Shown here: positions 62,486 to 64,000 of the stretch, one piece after another
Layout: the number at the start of each line of letters is the position of its first letter
Position numbering within the stretch: position 1 is the stretch's first letter
DNA from: Candidatus Nitrospinota bacterium M3_3B_026
GTDB taxonomy: Bacteria > Nitrospinota_A > UBA7883 > JBPRGF01
Assembly: GCA_051418015.1 (NCBI GenBank)
Contig: JBPRGF010000033.1
Location: 1 to 64,000 of the forward strand
Direction: 5' to 3'
Length of the DNA: 64,000 bases
Made by a program: the position numbers and the translations under genes
Notes under the pieces: generated by a model
What the model saw: only the letters and a program-made list of their open reading frames with translations
Database searches by the model: none
What the model was told of the DNA's origin: nothing

Positions 62486-62795
62486 TATCAGCCCGTCACG
62501 GAAAAACACCCGGATCAGACCTCCGTTGATTTGGGGGCGAACGTTTCAGATAAATCCTGCGCAGCGCTCAGGACGATTGCCTGCGCATATGTTCTTTTCG
62601 TTATGCGATCTTTGATATGGATGAGCGGATTTGATCCGAAACGCTGACAAAAGAGAAAAGGAGTGAAATACATGCAGGTGGTCTTCGAAGTCAATCCTCC
62701 ATCTGCTGTAAAGAAAGAAAAGAATCATTTTTTTTCATATCCCGCTGCGAGAGGGGAACGCTTGACGAAGTTCTAAGGGAATGCGGCTTAACGTC

Positions 62796-63998
62796 TCATC
62801 CCAGCTTGTGAATGCCCACTCCAAAGGGGATGTCCGAAGGCGCGAGCGGCGGGACTGATCCGGCGCCGATCCTCTCGAGCAGGGCGCGCCCGGAAGCTCC
62901 GGCGGCAAGGCCGGGGGTGAACGCGGTGTAAAGGGTCCTGCCGGGCGTCTCTTTTACCACCTTTCCATCCTTTGCGATAAGCTCCCCATTTTTGATCACC
63001 CACGCGGGGCGGGAGAACATCCGCTCGTAGTCATCATCCTTTTTGTATATGGCGACGTCCGCGTCCGCTCCAACGGCCAGCGTCCCCTTGCCAGAGAGGC
63101 CCAGCCTGCGCGCGGGGGCGGCTCGTGTTATGACGGTGATCTCGTACAGGGTGTATTCCCTGCTTATCTCCCGCAACGCCGAGTGTTCCATCGCCTCCGG
63201 GTGTATCCTCGCAAGCTCCTCGCGCCGGAAGGCTGCGTCCATCAGCAACCGCACGATGTAGGGGTACGCCGTAAACGGCCCGCCGTTGGGATGATCGGTC
63301 GAAAGGGTCACTTGCCACGGGTTCTCCGTCAGCAGCGCAAGCTCCAGCCCGGCGGCCCACTGGACGCTGTTCACCCGGGACTCGCGCCTGTAATGGTATG
63401 GCGTGGTGAAATAGAACATCTCCCCCGGCTCCGCGCCATTCTCCTTATCCGCCAGGCCGGTTATTCCCCGCAGCCGCCGGGCCAGCCTCTCGTCGGTGGT
63501 GACCGTGCTGGCCGGCTCGAAGACGACCTGCCCGATGTCGAATGTCACGCTCGGGTTGTCGTTCACCGCCCGCGCCACCTGCGCCGCCTCGGAGGAAAAA
63601 TCCTCCCCATAGAGGTAGAACTGCAGGTGGGCAAGGTGCGCATGGCGGCCTTCGAGAGCTTTTATGGTGTCCAGGGCGGTCTTGAAATTTCCCGGCAGGC
63701 CGATGTTGTTCATGTGCAGGTGGAGAGGGTGGGGCAGCCCGGCCTCCGCCACGGCTTCCGCCGCGCCCGTGATGATCCTCCTCGGAGACAGGCCGAACCC
63801 GCTCAAAGGCTCGTCCAGGCCGTGGAAGGCGTGGACGCCGCCGGGCAGGTACTCCCCGCCGGGGTTCGAAAGCTTCAGGGAAAGGGCTCCTGACGCGGCG
63901 ACGATCAGCGACGCCAGTTCGGCCGCCTCGCGCCGTCCATCCTCCTCCAGCGCCTTCAGGGCGAACGGGGCGTCAGGGAGAATAGCCAGCAGCGCCTT
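62796..63998 (-). CDS. Formylmethanofuran dehydrogenase/formyltransferase-hydrolase subunit A-like amidohydrolase (FwdA/FmdA/FhcA; 3' part, runs off the right edge)
   Basis: The frame stays open to the window end (..SLKLSNPGG..). Motifs HPLHLHMNNIGLPGN, HLAHLQF..YG, DIGQVVF, QWAAGLEL, STDHPNGGPFTAYP, REYTLYEI..ITRAAPAR.LGL..KG.L..GADADVAIY. Confidence 0.85.
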   Translation of the reverse strand, partial: KALLAILPDAPFALKALEEDGRREAAELASLIVAASGALSLKLSNPGGEYLPGGVHAFHGLDEPLSGFGLSPRRIITGAAEAVAEAGLPHPLHLHMNNIGLPGNFKTALDTIKALEGRHAHLAHLQFYLYGEDFSSEAAQVARAVNDNPSVTFDIGQVVFEPASTVTTDERLARRLRGITGLADKENGAEPGEMFYFTTPYHYRRESRVNSVQWAAGLELALLTENPWQVTLSTDHPNGGPFTAYPYIVRLLMDAAFRREELARIHPEAMEHSALREISREYTLYEITVITRAAPARRLGLSGKGTLAVGADADVAIYKKDDDYERMFSRPAWVIKNGELIAKDGKVVKETPGRTLYTAFTPGLAAGASGRALLERIGAGSVPPLAPSDIPFGVGIHKLG

Positions 63999-64000
63999 GT

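Overview
GC-rich chromosomal segment (roughly mid-60s % GC by eye) from a flagellated, LPS-producing bacterium. Its taxonomy cannot be fixed from this window; the gene style suggests a deltaproteobacteria-like or Nitrospinota-like lineage, which is inference. Left part: a truncated methyl-accepting chemotaxis gene, a sigma54-type promoter driving an unannotated 51-aa ORF, pncA-pncB, a GT9 transferase, and a long + strand run (REC-GGDEF cyclase, alaS, DUF2064, queC, GT9, msbA, GH-A clan lipoprotein, O-antigen ligase, dksA, rubredoxin). Next come a LysM lytic transglycosylase, an arsM-like/PiT pair, a HAD-IIB phosphatase, and a sigma54-type flagellar operon (flgBC-fliFGHIJ-motE-like) that lacks fliE. 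Centre: a heavy-metal block (czcI-like, czcCBA, P-II-like, P1B-ATPase), a small operon with a second atypical P-II, and a complete pelABCDEFG exopolysaccharide operon extended by DUF2294 and rmlC. Right part: a tRNA-Arg with the rare GCG anticodon, DUF502, a P2-type ATPase, a REC-HD-GYP protein, an ECF sigma/ZAS anti-sigma pair, and the 3' part of a divergent FwdA/FhcA-family amidohydrolase. I found no CRISPR array, transposase, integrase or rRNA. The strongest leads are the extended pel operon, the lone fwdA/fhcA-like gene, tRNA-Arg(GCG), the sigma54 microprotein, the P-II embedded in metal efflux genes and the arsM-PiT pair. All calls are by motif reading; no searches were run.
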